Assembly (NCBI GenBank): GCA_013239625.1 | Contig: MU053482.1 | Location: 4,849,775 to 4,913,774, forward strand | Origin: Lama guanicoe | Lineage: Eukaryota | Length of the DNA: 64,000 bases | Reading direction: 5' to 3' | Shown: positions 60,895-64,000 of the stretch, in pieces | Layout of the letters: every line of letters begins with the position of its first letter | How positions within the stretch are numbered: position 1 is the stretch's first letter | Made by a program: the position numbers and the translations under genes | The notes under the pieces: generated by a model | Database searches by the model: none | Seen by the model: only the letters and a program-made list of their open reading frames with translations | What the model was told of the DNA's origin: nothing

Positions 60895-61330
60895 AGGTCT
60901 CTGCTACAGTAATTCTGTGTAACAAGCCTCCCAAATCTTAGTAGCTTGTAGCATTATTTCTCTTGCTCAGGGGTCTGTGGATTGTCTGGGTGGCTCTGGT
61001 TCAGGCCACAGATGTAAGGGTGTCCTGGGCTCCCATGGGATTGGCCAGGCCATAGGTTGGCTCCAGATCTTCCTTATGCCCGCAATCAGGAACCTAGACC
61101 AAAGGGACAGAGGCCATCTGGGACGAGTTCTCAGGGCCAGTGAGCAGGAGAGCCAGTGGATTAGCCAAGCAGCAAGGTCATTGAAAGCCACTGCTTACGT
61201 CACACACACTAATTTCCACTAGTCAAAGCAAATCTCACAGCCAAGCCTCGGGTCAGCTGGGCAGGGAAGCACCCCACCTACTCCAGTGGGAAGGACTGCA
61301 GGGCCACAGGGAAAAAACCCAACTCTGTTA
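60895..61330 (-). mobile_element. MLT1-type MaLR LTR
   Basis: tgtgtaacaagcctcccaaatcttagtagctt...caaagcaaatctcacagccaagcc. Confidence 0.7.
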
Positions 61331-61829
61331 CTGGGAAGAGTGAAGAACTGAGGGCATATCCCAGTCTGAACTCCCAGAAAAAGGCCACGTGCGTTGATGT
61401 CCATCTGTGGTCTGTTCTGCTCAGAGACTGATCCCCATCCTTTGGTGTCTTAACCTCTCTGGGCACCTGTTTTCTCAGCAGCAAAATGGGGCTAATACTA
61501 CTTTTCTTAAAAGGCGTGAAATTTAATAGACTTATTACATGTTAAACATTTAATCCTCGATAAAAGTACTCGGTAAAAGTAAGCTGCTGCCATTATTATT
61601 GCTACATAGTCAAGCATCCAGTTATAACACCTGCTTCCCCAAAGCCCCCCTCTCCATCCATAGCCACACACAGGCACTGACAAGCAAGCGTGCACGTGCA
61701 CCAGGGGGTGCAAACCGGCAGCTCCCTGGCTGCATCTGCCTGTAGACGTGTTTTGTTGTCCTGTTCAATATTTTAAAATGTGAGGCATTGCACATAAAAA
61801 TCAAAATTTCTTGAGTTATCTTCACAGAT

Positions 61830-63775
61830 AGTAAATAGGAGGTCAATTACATCTCCCAGAAAGAATGTGTGGGGTGAAAAAATGGAGGGCCCCGATGGAA
61901 GCATGAAGAACCCAGCACTTAAGGGCTGCCGGGAAGACCAGACGGCTGAGATAGAGCAGCCGGCGAGGCAGGGAGAGAAAGCATCCCCGGGGGCAGGGAG
62001 GGGGTGGGGGACAAAGGCTGCCGGGAGACCCCAGAGCCTATGAATTGGATTTAGGAACAAGAAGGCCTCTGGAGACTTTGCTGGGGGCAGTTGGGTAGTG
62101 GAGGCGTAGGGGGGATTATGAGATTGCGGAGTGAGTGATGGGAGGCGGACAAGTGGAGTCCGTGAGTGTAGCAAACGTCCAAGAAGACTGGCTGGGAAGG
62201 ACGCGGGTGGGGTGGGAACTGGTATTAAAAATAGTTTTCTTAAACTGGGAGAGGCTTCAGTGTGTGTGAATACTGATGGAAAAGATCCAGTAGACAAAGA
62301 AGTTAATGACACAGGGAAGAGGAGATAATGACCCTTGCGGTGGGGACAGGGGGTGGGGTAGGGGAGGCCAAGTTCTGGTGAGGTGTCAACCTTAGGAAGG
62401 AGAAAGGACATCTGTCCTCCTGTGACCAGAGGAGGGTGTCGCCCAGCTAGTCAGCGGCCAAGAGGGAGCTGGGGCTCAGGCTGCCTGTCTTGCTCATTTA
62501 TTTATTCATTGATTTATTCAACAGGCATTTAGTGAACATCTACTCTTCACCCAATACAATTCTAGCAAGAAACGAAGTAGGCAGAAATCACTGCTTATCT
62601 TCTAGTCAAGGGAGAGAGACACTAAACAAAATAAATGGGGAAATTGTGTCATTTGTTAGAAGGTGGGATATGCTATGAATAAAAATAAAGAGGAATGGAG
62701 AGCACTGAGGGTGCAGGTTGCATTTTGAGGAGGATGATGGGTTGCCTCCTTGGTAAGGTGACATTTGGCTTGAAGGCGGGGAGGGAGCAAGCCCTGCTCT
62801 GGAGATAGCGTCTCTGAGCCAGGGGCTGAGATGAGGACATGCTGAGGGCCTGGGGACAGCAAGGTGGCCACGTGGTTGGAGCAGAGAGCTGCGGCAGCAC
62901 AGGGAGGTAAGGTCACAGGGGTCCTGGAGGATTGTGAAAGCATGATCTGACTGACATTTTAGCAGTCACTTGGCAGCTGTGTTGAGATAGACTGAGGGGT
63001 GGGGTGTGTCAGGAGGGAAAGCAGGGAGTCCAGTAAAGGTCATTTCTACAATCTGGACAAGAGATGATGGTGGCTGGGGCCAGGGTGGCAGCAGAGGAGG
63101 TGGTGACAGGTGCCTAGATTCCTGACATACTTTGAAGGTAGAGCCAAGAGGATTTGCCGATAGCTTGAGTGAAGAGTGGAAGAACGAAAGAAGTCGAGGA
63201 TGCCACTACAGTGTTGAGTTGAGCAAACAAAAGGCCAAGTTGCCATTTATCGAGATGGGAGGACTGTGGGGAAGGCAGGCTTGGGGAGAGGTGGAGATGG
63301 TACCTTCCATCTGGGCATAAGTTTGGTGTGTCTACTGGACATCCACATGGAGATGCCAAGTAAGCAGTGGTGTGTGTGCATCTAGATGCAGAGAAACCAC
63401 CAGACTGGGGAGAGAAATGTCTGCAGTCATTGTTGTCTAGAGTTATTTAAAGCCATGTGACCAGATGAAACCATCAAGGACATGAGTGTAGAAGAGAAGA
63501 GGTTTAAAGACTGAGTCCTGGGACCTTCCAGCACTAAGAGACCAGGATGGGAAAGGGGGAACCCATGAAAGAAACAAAGGGAGAAGGAGATGGCCAGTGG
63601 GGAGGAGGGGGCCAGCCTGTGCTGTTCTGAAAGCTGAGGGAAGAGCTATTTCTAGAAGGAGAGAGTGATCGGCTGGGTCAGAGGCTGCTGGTTGTCATGT
63701 AAATTGAGAACCAAGAATTTATCACTGGGTTTAGCAACTTGATGGACAGGGTGATTTTGACAACAGAGTGAAGAG
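61830..63775 (-). mobile_element. Long L2 LINE fragments
   Basis: tcatttatttattcattgatttattcaacaggcatttagtg; tttgaaggtagagccaagaggatttgc; ggacatccacatggagatg; atttaaagccatgtgaccagatga. Confidence 0.75.
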
Positions 63776-64000
63776 GTGGGTGGGCCTTCTGAGCATCACA
63801 GACCCTCCTTTGCCATTGAACAGGACCATGTGTGCGTTGGTGCCCTGCACGCAAGACGTGGGCTCTCAATGCAGGGGCATCTGGCGGGCTAAGTGGTGGG
63901 GCTCCCACAATGGCATCGAGGATGAGGTCCATCTTGGAGTGTCCACCCAGGCCTCTGGAGGAGGAGGGGCAGGCACCCTGTGAGGCTGTTCATTCCCACC

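Noticed and set aside
61773..62411. 212-aa minus-strand ORF, the longest in the track
   Set aside because: Lies in decayed L2 sequence, is Pro/Ser/Leu-rich, and has no recognisable domain or splice context.
53160..64000. Search for MICALCL/bMERB coding exons
   Set aside because: No sequence resembling the recalled MICALCL protein was found. The region is mostly L1/L2/LTR relics, so those exons probably lie beyond the window.

Overview
Mammalian genomic DNA, most likely a camelid (alpaca/llama/camel), inferred from two tRNA-Ala-derived vic-1-like SINEs and a young L1 3'-end family. The window holds the central and 3' part of MICAL2 (F-actin methionine monooxygenase) on the + strand. I traced 22 GT-AG coding exons from 2877 to a stop at 51873. 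They join in one open frame (2834 nt, about 944 aa) covering the C-terminal part of the FAD monooxygenase domain, the CH domain, a basic NLS-like linker, an array of symmetric phase-0 exons and the LIM domain. A 3' UTR follows, with AATAAA at 53130. The 5' coding exons lie upstream of the window, and I found no recognisable MICALCL/bMERB exons inside it. Introns contain MIR, L2, L1, hAT, Tigger and LTR relics. The most interesting observations are: (1) an exon homologous to a human 21-aa MICAL2 exon that appears to have lost its splice donor; (2) a three-way C-terminal switch at donor 49201, including a 98-aa hydrophobic read-through tail; (3) a candidate 63-nt GC-donor cassette exon beyond the poly(A) site; (4) a repeated helical motif spread over skippable exons; (5) an AP-1 + CArG pair that could form an SRF feedback loop. 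I see no evidence of a prokaryotic-type novel system. Comparisons with human MICAL2 and repeat family names are from memory, not from a database search.
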